DNA of 64,000 nucleotides from Enoplolaimus lenunculus (Eukaryota): NCBI GenBank assembly GCA_030248215.1, contig JASANG010001276.1, positions 1 to 64,000 of the forward strand, read 5' to 3'. Shown piece by piece: positions 53,822 to 64,000 of this stretch (position 1 is its first letter; each line of letters starts with the position of its first letter). The notes under the pieces were generated by a model. It saw only the letters and a program-made list of their open reading frames with translations, ran no database searches and was not told where the DNA came from. The position numbers and the translations under genes were made by a program.

Positions 53822-54419
53822 ATGGACCAATTGTGAGGCACGGGCTGAAAGAAATGGGGCGGTTGCGTGAACGAGGGTATCGCTAACTTGCTGTGCAAGT
53901 GAATAGAGAACGATTGTACGCATAAGTGTAGAATGAGTGCGCTCCGCTAGTTGTTGAGTTACCTGCACCGCATGAGACCGATGCCCGAATGCACTGCACG
54001 CTTGAAGAAAACAAAGCAGCGCGTTAAAATCTATCGGAAGGACAATAATCCGTCCTACAGCTGACTTGTACCACGGTCCCAGATCGAACAATCTGTGGTT
54101 TTTGGAATACACTATCACGGGCCCGCAGCAGAGAGGGGAACAGGTTGTTCACACCTCCTACATAATTTTCGTCACCCCTAAAAACGACTTGTGAGACCAG
54201 AGAAATCACGACACGCCGCCACTTCTACAGTGGTTTTTATAAGCACCACTCTTTTATACTGAACATTCGGATGAAGTTATGTTTTCCGCCGTGCAACTAA
54301 GGGGGAAACGGCTACGGCAATTTAACAAAGAAAATGCAATGTCAGGACATAACACGGATTTGTTGTTTGTACAACCAAATGCACATACAAGTGAACGGGC
54401 AAGTACAACTATTACAGCT

Positions 54420-54675
54420 CTTGCAGAATGCAGTATAGTACCTTAGGATCTACTCGCTACTGCAAATTGCGGTATCCATTCCCGTTATATCTGCAACAGT
54501 ATACAAAGTTCTTTCTCAGTATCATCTCTTCGGTGTTGGAAAAATTTATTTCGTACGATGATGGTACAAGATCGGCTAAAACGGTGTACCTCTACACGCA
54601 CCAAGACACATTCGTACAGACCGAAACAATTTGAGTACAACGTTCACGCAGCAACGGGGTCGAAAACGCTATTAA
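54420..54675 (+). pseudogene. Fossil hAT transposase C-terminal dimerization domain (remnant may extend upstream to ~53830)
   Basis: Frameshifted reading IYSLLQIAVSIPVISATV / SSLRCWKNLFRTMMVQDRL / LYTHQDTFVQTETI / FTQQRGRKR matches the hAT pattern LLQIALTIPVTSATAERSFS.LRR.K..LRSTM.QDRL..LALL.IH. Confidence 0.75.
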
Positions 54676-55620
54676 TATATTAAGTCTTAGAACGATGTGC
54701 TGGTTATATTTTGGAACACGAAAAAACTGATACCATTTACGGCCTGTGTATAGAACCGGGCCGGATCCTTTTTCGGAGCGGCTATAATAGAGTCAGTTTA
54801 AGCTTTAGACTAATTTTTCCTTGGCTTAGGCTTAGGCTTAGGAATTTGCTTATACTACTGTTCCGGCCATGTTATGGGCCCCGTTTACAATTTGTCAAAC
54901 GTATAAGTATTATGTCTGTATATATGGGATGGGCGATATATGAGAAAAGTAAAGCCAAATAATCAGAATCTAATGACACATATATAGCATACAGTAAAAA
55001 AATTGCCTATCATCATTTGTGCCAGCCCGCTCCCTACTCCCATCGTCAGAAATTATTTGGCTCGTCGGCCGCTGTTTCTTATACTCATTAATTAGTATAA
55101 ACATCTGTTTTGGATTATTTTCCGGTGCCTCCGCAGTGGAAAAATATGCGATCGGTGCTCTAAAACCGGCTCTTACGCTAGCGAAACTTCGATACTTCTA
55201 TTCAATACCGCAGACAGCAACACACACAAGTACAAACGCTGCTTCCGCATTATTGGTTTGCATAATGCTCTACACGGTTTCTTTCCGCTTGCACTGTTGG
55301 CATCTTTCAACTACTACCGCGCAGCGGCGTCATGCGGCGAAATTTTCACCGTTCCGCGAGCCGGCGTCCGGTGGCATACGGCGGCGTTCAGCGGCGCGCG
55401 GCGAGTATGGCGCAACCATTCCTCTACCGGCTACGTTGCGGTTGTCCACAATATGGAAGTTTTCTATACTGTCAAACAAACTGTTGTTGGTCTGTCCACT
55501 GTGCGTTTGATGCATCCTCCACAATAAAAACTGTGGCATGGTGGAAAAATTTAATTTCAATTCCACATCTAAATTTCATGTATTAGTTCAATTCAAAAAG
55601 AGAGCATTGTTTAGCACTAG

Positions 55621-55936
55621 CAAGAGTGCATAATACTAGGGTGTGCAACTTTTTGGGCTCAAAAGTGGTACAAAATGTACCACCGTGCGTTGCGTTTTTA
55701 GCCAAAAACACCGTTGTTCAGAAGGGGGGTCGTTGTCACATACAATAAGCCTAAATTAAACTATAACTATAAGCGGGATCATTCCTGTTGCCCGATCCAT
55801 AAAGTGCAATGGCTGGAACCGGATGTGCACCCTAAATAAAGGGGATGGCCAAAAACGCAACGCGTGCTGGTTACATTCTCATTCTTTTCTATACAGAATG
55901 TACCCAAAAGAATGTACCCAGTTTTACATACTCTTG
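55621..55936. mobile_element. MITE family with CAAGAGTG termini; second copy 58503-58792
   Basis: CAAGAGT...ACTCTTG ends; shared internal GCGTTGC.TTTTTAGCC...GGCCAAAAACGCAACGC palindrome. Confidence 0.65.
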
Positions 55937-56551
55937 TTGAAGTATGCATCATCCACTCGTGGCATTACTGAGCATTTCAGAATTAAAAACCCATAAGACA
56001 GAATGAATATAGGAATTAATGTTTATTCTCGCAATGCAATTTCATAATCAAAAGACAAAAATCTTGCAAGTTTAATATAGTGTCAGTTTCAGGAAATTTT
56101 CCAGAGTCAAACTTTTTGCAATATTCGTCAAAATTTAAGACTAATTATTCTCTAAAACATTATTTGTATTGTAAAACTGGATTCATGTCAGTTATTCACG
56201 CACTCCCTGTCTCTTTGACTGTTTCAGGGGCTGCTTGTTAAAAATGAATCTTAAATACGTCGTCATATAGTGCTAAATTCTCAACATTATGCAAAAATTG
56301 CAAAATCAAAAACTGCAGCGTAATTCATAATGAAAATGTTTAAGTTAAATACGTTGTCACAGAAATTAAAAATATACATTTTAAATTTTAAAATGGAAAT
56401 TCCCAACGCTTTTACAGTCGCTGAACGAAGTGTCATTGTTATCAGTTCAGAACAGGTCCAATCAATTTTTATTTGCCTTTTAATTTTTTCAAAGAATTCA
56501 GAGAAATGCAGAATTATGCCATGCATTTTACAGAGTAACCGAAGTAACGTA

Positions 56552-56985
56552 CTGTAGTGACCAGAATAAGAAGGGGGGGACTGATATACATTTGGCCTCC
56601 CCAGAGAGTACCCCCCTTGTTATTGGGTTACAGATTGTTATTTATTTTTAACCCACGCTCCGTCGCCCTTTGTTACTGTTATATATCCGGTACTGCAATT
56701 ATCTGTTGAATTATACGTTTATTTGTCTTGTGTCAATAGCTTGAGCGATAATGCAAGGTTATACTTAAGAATGTACTTTCAAAATTTAAGTACGCTTTAA
56801 AGTTTCGAACACAACTTTATTTGGTCGTGGAGTCATTTATGCGCTACAATTAGAGATAATTGACATTTATGGACTCTAATTAGGGTTTAGGGACTCTATC
56901 CGCTTACGGACTTTTATTAGGGATACAGACTCCTATTGATTCAGACTCAAAATGGGGACACCCCTTCTCATTCGGGTCAATTCAG
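56552..56985. mobile_element. TA-flanked (Tc1/mariner-type) MITE; close copy 62521-62960, fragments ~7727, ~50740-51100 (reverse) and ~58805-59020
   Basis: TA|CTGTAGTGACCAGAAT...ATTCGGGTCAATTCAG|TA; long colinear similarity with 62521-62960. Confidence 0.75.
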
Positions 56986-57305
56986 TATGAACTTGCGTTT
57001 GCTCAGACGGTTAAATTGAGGACTTCTATTTCCACGGCATGGACGCAAAACAAACTGGACGATGCATAAGAAACGATGCTGCAGATTGCAAATTAACATC
57101 AGTTTTCAATGTTAAAAGTATCAAGTGAGAAGCAAGTAGGTTCTTATGCTGCTTGTTACAAAACTCAGCATAAATGCGACACTATGCTGAATATTAAACA
57201 CGAGTTTACGATTCAGTTTCGGGTCAGAACCCTTTTTAAATTTTATGATACTACAATAATTCGAAGGTAAACAGTACCATAAAGCCAATCACAAAAATTT
57301 TACTT

Positions 57306-57356
57306 CGGATGCGGTGGGATTCGAACCCACGGCGTACTTATTTAGCAAATACGCGA
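57306..57356 (-). pseudogene. Partial tRNA-like sequence (3' half)
   Basis: The minus strand has a perfect T-arm GTGGG-TTCGAAT-CCCAC followed by CGCATCCG, and an upstream TTGCTAA loop. No D-arm or 5' acceptor strand was found. Confidence 0.5.
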
Positions 57357-57552
57357 CGTAGGTCCTGTGACATGTGGATGCATGGAGGCAAAATGAACCT
57401 TCATGCTAATGCTGCACATCGGTGAAACGTTGATGCATATGTAGTGCCTTTATATGCAGCAGCAGTCAAAACATGAAAGAACCAAGATACATGTGTATAA
57501 TGTTGAGGTTCTTATAAGGCATAAAAACAGAAAAACTAGCAGTTGAATGTGA

Positions 57553-57622
57553 GGCGGCGTGGCTCAGTAGCTAGCGCGCTGGTCTGCTAAATCTGTCGAC
57601 CGAGTTCGAAACCTCCTCGGAA
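57553..57622 (+). other. tRNA-derived (SINE-like) head inside a dispersed repeat
   Basis: A-box-like TGGCTCAGTAG and B-box-like GAGTTCGAAAC with a CTGCTAA loop between them. No clean acceptor stem. Homologous context at ~34757-34940. Confidence 0.5.
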
Positions 57623-57852
57623 CATGTCTCATTTTCAGCTGCTAACTCAGAACTAAAAAAACCGTCGTACTCTAGCCTACACAACTTATCACAGGTCCGT
57701 TTTCATCTGAAGTTTTTACATTGCAAGGTTCAAATAAAAAATTTGCATTGGAACATTCCAGCTGCACATATCAATTTTAGTTCAGATTTTGAAGATAGAT
57801 TATCATGAGGAAACGATCGTTAATTCCTTATTGACCTGCAAATTTTATAAAT

Positions 57853-58180
57853 GCTTAGGCTTAGTCTTAGGCTTAGGCTTAGGCTTAGGTTTAGGTTTAG
57901 GCTTAGGCTTAGGCTTAGGCTTAGGCTTAGGCTTAGGCTTAGGTTTAGGCTTAGGCTTAGGTTTAGGTTTAGGCTTAGGCTTAGGCTTAGGCTTAGGCTT
58001 AGGCTTAGGCTTAGGCTTAGGCTTAGGTTTAGGTTTAGGCTTAGGCTTAGGCTTAGGCTTAGGCTTAGGCTTAGGCTTAGGCTTAGGTTTAGGCTTAGGC
58101 TTAGGCTTAGGCTTAGGCTTAGGTTTAGGCTTAGGCTTAGGTTTAGGTTTAGGCTTAGGCTTAGGCTTAGGCTTAAGCTT
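57853..58180 (+). repeat. Interstitial telomeric array (TTAGGC)n with TTAGGT variants, ~54 units
   Basis: Read directly. TTAGGC is the established nematode telomere repeat, and non-telomeric sequence continues on both sides. Confidence 0.97.
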
Positions 58181-59098
58181 AAAATGCTCATATTTGCGCA
58201 ATATTAGTTGGAATTAAATTTTGAGGTCGAGAGTCGAGACGCTTAAGAAATTTTGTAAAATGCGTATTTACTTGCTTTATTTCAAACCAAAAATGTTTGA
58301 CCTCACACTAGCATTGCATAAAAATTGACTTTTATTAAGACAAGTGAACTGTCTAAGGTTGTATTATTACTGAAGAATATTAAAAGCATCGGGAGATTTA
58401 TTTAGTGTGTTTTGGGTTCAGCTTCAACTCTTAAGCTCGAGGTGGGCGTCCAAGTTTTGAACTGAACCAAGTCAAAAATACAAAATTGGACGATCACTCA
58501 AACAAGAGTGTGCAACTACGGAAATTTGTGTGGTACAAAATGTCCCACCGGGCGTTGCATTTTTTAGCCAACCCCCCTTATTTAGAGGGGATAGTTGAAG
58601 TTTGAAATGAAGAATGCGCATGCTTTTAAAATTATAAACAGAGTTAGCTTACAACTGCAATATTTCAACGTGTAAAATTGAAAAAATTGTCAAACTTGAC
58701 CCCCCTCCCTTATTAAGGGGATAGGGCCAAAAACGCAACGCTTGCCGGGTACATTCTTTTGTATGCAGAACGTACCCAGTTACACACTCTTGTTATAAAG
58801 AGTGGTTGAATTACACGTTTTTGTCTTGTATCAAAAGTTTGAGCGATAATCCTAGGTTATACTTAGGAATGTTCATTCAAATCTTAAGTATGCTTTAAAG
58901 TTTCGAGCTAAACTTTATTTGGTCCTGGAGTCATTCATGCAATACAATCAAGGAAAATTCATATTTATAAACCCTAGTTAGGGAGGGTTTAGGGACCCTA
59001 TCAGCTTACGAACTCTTATTATAGATATATTTAAAAACAATTCTAAATTTCCGTTTCGGAACGAATGCACAAACTGATATCAGAAACTATAGGACTCA

Positions 59099-59248
59099 CG
59101 GCCCATGTTACTTTAAGCGGCGTCCATGTTTCTGGTGGGTCTATAAAAGAGTAGGTTAAGATTCTAGATTACATTTTTTGCTTTGGTTTAGGTTTAGGCT
59201 TAGGAATACGCTTAAACTACTGTTACGCCCCTTCAGTAACATTGGCCG
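59099..59248. mobile_element. Telomere-repeat-bearing MITE, reverse copy of 12858-13034
   Basis: CGGCCCATGTTACT...AGTAACATTGGCCG TIRs; internal TTAGGTTTAGGCTTAGG. Confidence 0.78.
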
Positions 59249-59611
59249 GACTGAATATAGTTTGGTGCTCGATTTGATTTTCTGACAATCTACTGTAAAC
59301 TGTACCTAATAAACATGGACCATTTGTCAAAAAATTTGTTTTCTATGAGCAGGCAAACCCAAAAAATGTAGATTTGACAAACCAAACATAGAAAAATCTC
59401 AAAATCGCCAGATGCTTTTTAAGTTGATCTTTGCTAAGAATGCAATTATAATTCATGGCACAGTTTAATAAACAATATATACCAAACGCATATATATTTT
59501 AGTAACGTTTAAATTGAAATTAAGTTTATAATTTTGCGAAGTAGAATTAGAAATATTCGATTACCTTTCGCATTGGCATAAAGCGAAAAAATAGTTTAAT
59601 AAGGTTTCTTA

Positions 59612-60479
59612 CAGGGTTGGAACCGGCTCGAACCAAGCCCCGGCGAGCTCGGGCCCATATTTTGGGCTCGAGGGCATAAGTGGGCTTCCGGGACCGGGCC
59701 GCCAGCCAAAATGAATAGCAGCAGTTCCCTGTGTTAGTGCCTAAGCCTTAATAGTGTTTAATATTTTTATTGGCCATATAAATAGCTTGTATGCACATCG
59801 ACGACATGAAGAGATTTTTCAAATCAAGTTTGATTCTCTCTGCTTTTGGTGGAATATGTGGTTTAGCTAAATTGCAATTCGCTCCAAGACCGATTTCAGC
59901 GTAGTTATCTTCAGTTTCAGTTTCCATCAAGAACCGGACTCATTGCAGCAACCAGCGGGCGGAATTTTATCACCAAAAATATTGTGAGGTTTAAAAATTG
60001 CAAGGTACGGACCTTATCATTTAATCACAAAAAATTCTGAGTGAAAAATTTTTTCTGAGGGGAACAATTGTATCCTTACCATTTTATCAGAAAATTTTTG
60101 ATGGGGGGCGTTCGCCCCCTTACCTCCTCCGGATCCGCTAGTGGTGACGGTAAAATCAATCCATTCGGAATTGTAATTGGTTATTTTTGTCACTTTAAGT
60201 CTAAGGTCTCGCCCAGATCTGTCACTCAGTACACACACAACAGACGCACGCAAAACCGGGACGTTTCCTGCTATTCAGTTGGACGTTTTGCATGGGAACG
60301 TTTATATTTTTGTTTATACTTTCTCACGACAGACTGACATGTATGGCACGTATTTGATTAGAAACCACAACTCCGTTTGTTTGGTGTTCTGTTTTGTGCT
60401 CCAAAAAGTATAATCTTAGCGGGTCCGGGCCCATGCGAGCCGAGCCCGGGCCCTAAAACCCAGCCCGGTTCTAACTCTG
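59612..60479. mobile_element. Non-autonomous hAT-type element with GC-rich (CCCGG/GGGCC) subterminal repeats
   Basis: TIRs CAGGGTTGGAACCGG / CCGGTTCTAACTCTG; degenerate 8-bp TSD GTTTCTTA / GTTTAATA. Confidence 0.7.
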
Positions 60480-60601
60480 GTTTAATATGTAATTTAGCGT
60501 ATGAAGCAAAATATCAGCACTGCAAGTAATATTTCATTGTAAACCAGTATTTCAGTCAAACTCGTTCATTTACCCTTGTTGTACAACTATCGCGATAATT
60601 A

Positions 60602-60811
60602 TTAACATCTGCAAACACCCCGTGCAAATTCATAATTATCATCGTTGTAGCAGCTGTAACTGATACCACGACCGCACTTTTCAGCGCAACATTTCATAAA
60701 CTCAGTACAGTTGCTTGATCGTGCAGTACAGTCGTGTGAATATCTCGGTTGTCCAGTTCCCATAACCATAAGTGACATTGATAAAAATATTACAATCGAT
60801 AAAATATTCAT
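60602..60811 (-). CDS. Small secreted 8-Cys peptide, CS-alpha-beta defensin/toxin-like (69 aa)
   Basis: ATG at 60811; signal-peptide-like MNILSIVIFLSMSLMVMG. The mature region C-x6-C-x5-CC-x3-C-x7-C-x12-C-x-C ends at the stop and contains the CxxxC and CxC hallmarks. Confidence 0.7.
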   Translation of the reverse strand: MNILSIVIFLSMSLMVMGTGQPRYSHDCTARSSNCTEFMKCCAEKCGRGISYSCYNDDNYEFARGVCRC

Positions 60812-60950
60812 GGTGTTAAAATACAAATGATATACTCTATTTTAATAATTGAACCTAAATAAGCTAATAATAAAATGCTACTAGTGACTACGATGGATTT
60901 AGTATCAGAGTGTAAACGATTAGTGCAAACAGTGTCTGATTAATATGTTC

Positions 60951-61443
60951 TAGGCCCATATTCTCAAATGTGTATAGCACCTATCATGAGTTAGCGATAA
61001 GTTTCCAAACGTACGAACATCTGCAATTGCAGATCTGAAATTGGTGCAGAAGTAGGGTAAATCAAACGCAAGAAATGTGCTGAATTTCGAACCTCACCGA
61101 AATCATATTCCAAAAGTACAGGACCTATCACTAAACTGGTGATGGGCGCTATACACATTTGAAGATACGGGCTCTTGATTTTAAGCCCTATTCACACGTG
61201 CAAGTTTGTGCTGCGAGAACTTGCATCTGCCATACTTGCACTTGCAAGAAAAACTTGCAGCTGCAAATAATTCATTAAAAACCATAGCTAAAAACTTTGT
61301 TCATATGTGTGAATAACCGTGTAAGCTCACTGAAGTTATTGCAGCCGTTTTCTTATTGGCTAATAAAAAAATGCAAATTCTGCATGCAATTTGCAGCTGC
61401 AAGTTCTCGTGGCAAAAACTTGCACGTGTGAAGAGGTCTTTAA
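60951..61443. mobile_element. Two adjacent palindromic MITEs (families of 2361-2587 and 474-744)
   Basis: Colinear or inverted homology to the copies at the window start; each has its own TIRs. Confidence 0.72.
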
Positions 61444-62520
61444 GGTTAGCTGAATTCTGTGTGCAGTTACCCCCCCATTGAATAAGGGGGTATGGGAAAA
61501 ACGCAGCACGCGGTGGTAATTTTATGTCACGCGTATTTTTGGAAGTTGGTCACTCTTATCATCGACCCTTGGTCCTGCATATAAACAACTAATTTCAAGC
61601 CAGGATTGCAATCACAACCTCGCAGATAGAAGGCCTTTGCCATCACCTCACAGATTAACGAGTCAGTCAATAAAGGCCCAATGGGCTCTCTCGTCTTGTG
61701 GAGACTTTACCCATATGCGCATACGGTAATTGTTAATTGACGGGCATTGTGATTTAATTCTTGTATATAGATTGCTTTAAGTTGCTCACAGTCGACTCTA
61801 TGCCAGAAAATGTTAAACCAGGGAGTTGGTATTTTTATTAGCCGTAAAGGTCAATGCGCCGCCAATTTAATGTGCCCAACGACATAGGAATCGGTTAAAA
61901 ACCAAAGCGCGCTCGGCACCCCTGTAAAACCATTCTTTGCTGTGAAAAACCTCTGAAATTAATGGCTTGCGCTTCAAAACATATAAAGCGCTTTGTATAT
62001 AAATTTTTTAGCGTTTCTCAAAACGTCATTTTTTCATCAGTAAAAATAGCTTTTTCTCAAAATGACAAAAGCGGTTTGTATCTTTGACACGATTTCTTAC
62101 GCGTTTGTTTTAAGGTCATATTGTGTCTTAATGCGTCGGTGTTTGAGCAAAGCTATGAATTGATAAGAAATTTATGACTTGTTTTGCATAAACATGGATG
62201 AAGCAGAAGCAAGACTGGATGAAAGTTTCTTTGCATATAGATAAAAGACGCATACAAACATTTAACTCCACCCGACACAGTAGTGAAATCAGGACACGTA
62301 CCGAACGCCCATGCATACTTGCTAAAATAATATGTTTACATATTATTACGACTCACATTAATAATCCTTCGATATTACCATTTTTACGGCCAATGTTACT
62401 TTTAGGGGCGTCCTATTTTCTCGCGGGACAGCAAGACACAGGAGTGTAATTAGAGCAAACTCATATACTCCTGCCGACAGCATTATATATGCAGATGGGA
62501 CAATGAGACAATCTTGTTTA

Positions 62521-62960
62521 CTGTAGTGACCCGAATAAGAGGGGGGACTGATATTTATTTGTCAACCTCCAGAGGGTAACCCCCTTGTTATTCGGTTACG
62601 GACTTTTATTTATTTTTAACCCGCACTCTGCCGTCCTTCGTTACTGATATATATTCGGTACTGCAACTGTCCGTTGAATTAAACGTTTATTTGTCTTGAA
62701 TCAATAGTTTGAGCGATCATGCAAGGTTATACTTAGGAATGTACTTTCAAAAGTTAAATATGTTTTAAACATTCGAACTCAACTATATTAGTTCTTGAAG
62801 TCATTTATGCATTATAATTAGGGATAATTGACATTTATGGACTCAAATTAGGGTTTAGGGACTCTATCCGCTTACGGTCTTTTATTAGGGATACGGACTC
62901 CTATTGATTCGTACACAAAATGGGGACCCCCTTTTTTGATTACCCCCCTTTATTCGGGTC
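62521..62960. mobile_element. Copy of the 56552-56985 MITE, followed by a fragment of the ~48740-48955 repeat
   Basis: TA|CTGTAGTGACCCGAATAAG start; colinear similarity to 56552-56985. Confidence 0.75.
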
Positions 62961-64000
62961 AAAATCGCTCAGTGAGTCGAATTTGACTCTGGCGGAGTCG
63001 AATTTTGACTCAGTTTGTGTGGTACGAAAAAGCCTATTTCTGAAAGAGTCACAATTTGATTCACCGTGTTTTGCAGTGTATGTACAGGTACAGTCCAGAA
63101 AATATTCGTTCCCACCCATTTTCCATACGCTTTATTCGTTTGAACTATGCCCACGGCAAGGGAAGGCGGTGGTCTGAGTGATTATAATGAACCAAGGTTT
63201 TTTCGGCCTTCTACAAGCGGATTTGACAATGAAAATATGTCGACGTTTGCAAGCTATTTCCCATAGTTGTACACGTAAGCGAATACTAAGGGCAGATTAA
63301 CGGGATTCAGAGATTTAATAACACTTTCAAATTAACAAAAAACTCAAAATTTTCAATTGAAGTTTACGTATTAACAGAACAGTGCCAAACAGATATTTGC
63401 GGGTTTCCTACAACTCATGAAATATGTTGACGTGACCAGTGATAGTGTAAGTTATGCAAGATATTTTTGGTTTCTTCTTTAAAATCCGTCTAATAATTAG
63501 TGTAAAATATGAATTTGTCAAAATGTTCTATGTTTGGCAACAGATAGCTTCAAAATAATTCTGCAATTGGTAGATATTAAATACTGACTGAAAAAATTAA
63601 TACAGCACTACAATTTAATATTATTATGCTTATTCATTTTAATATTAACACTGCTTGGAATTGCTTAAAAATATTGTTCAATCAACTCAATCAAAATGTT
63701 CACAGCCACTCACTAAAAATAGGCAAAAATGAAGTAAAACTATTGCCAAAGTCTCGGTTTTACTTTACTGTGGTGCTTGGCAAACTTTTACTTAATTTTG
63801 AGCAAACACGAAATTCTTAGTTTTACATTTGCTTAATTAATCAGCAAATGACAGCAGTAGTTTCACTCAGCAACGTACTCAATATGTAGGACACTTATAC
63901 TTACAAAACTTAGCAAAATATAACCAAAGCATTTTACAGAGCACACTTAAAGCGATTATGCCAGGCAGAGAATGAATACGGACTTCTATTCATTGAGACT

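Noticed and set aside
55019..55586. Overlapping 78-163-aa ORFs
   Set aside because: They span a GC-rich palindromic repeat also seen at ~29150-29235, with no protein motif or splice support.
57553..57622. Functional tRNA gene
   Set aside because: The acceptor stem does not pair, so it is treated as a tRNA-derived repeat.
57853..58180. True chromosome end or head-to-head telomere fusion
   Set aside because: Ordinary sequence continues for ~6 kb and the array is in one orientation only, with no TTAGGC-to-GCCTAA switch. A misjoin cannot be excluded without reads.
57789..58217. Poly-LG, -KP, -SL and -LR ORFs
   Set aside because: These are translations of the hexameric telomere repeat.
47218..60811. 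Functional link between the toxin-like peptide and the neighbouring Kv subunit (self-resistance)
   Set aside because: Only proximity (~7 kb) suggests it, and gene neighbourhood is weak evidence in animal genomes.

Overview
AT-rich, repeat-dense, intron-rich animal DNA, most likely a nematode: there is a (TTAGGC)n array, many splice acceptors are TTTCAG-type, and one gene has a CPG4/DUF19-like cysteine pattern. Hand-splicing with phase checks gives four multi-exon genes: a secreted, possibly GPI-anchored CPG4-like protein (+, 5503-11775, 4 exons), MSH6 (-, 15281-35220, 32 exons, ~1238 aa), EMC8/9 (+, 41188-44949, 5 exons) and a Kv-family channel subunit (-, 47218-53561, 7 exons, ~617 aa). A fifth, single-exon gene encodes an 8-Cys secreted defensin-like peptide (-, 60602-60811). 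Mobile DNA includes a decayed Ty3/gypsy element carrying a nested 5'-truncated LINE, a hAT transposase fossil, and many MITEs, several with perfect 8-bp TSDs. Four observations stand out: (1) the otherwise intact Kv subunit has lost the K+ signature (TLFMYSD instead of TTVGYGD) and has a ~175-aa Cys-rich S1-S2 loop; (2) a ~53-copy 31-bp minisatellite is built from an amplified 3' splice site, and its last copy is the real acceptor of a coding exon; (3) the defensin-like peptide has an unusual Cys spacing; (4) there is an interstitial telomere array plus a MITE family carrying telomere repeats. All family assignments are by motif recognition; no searches were run.
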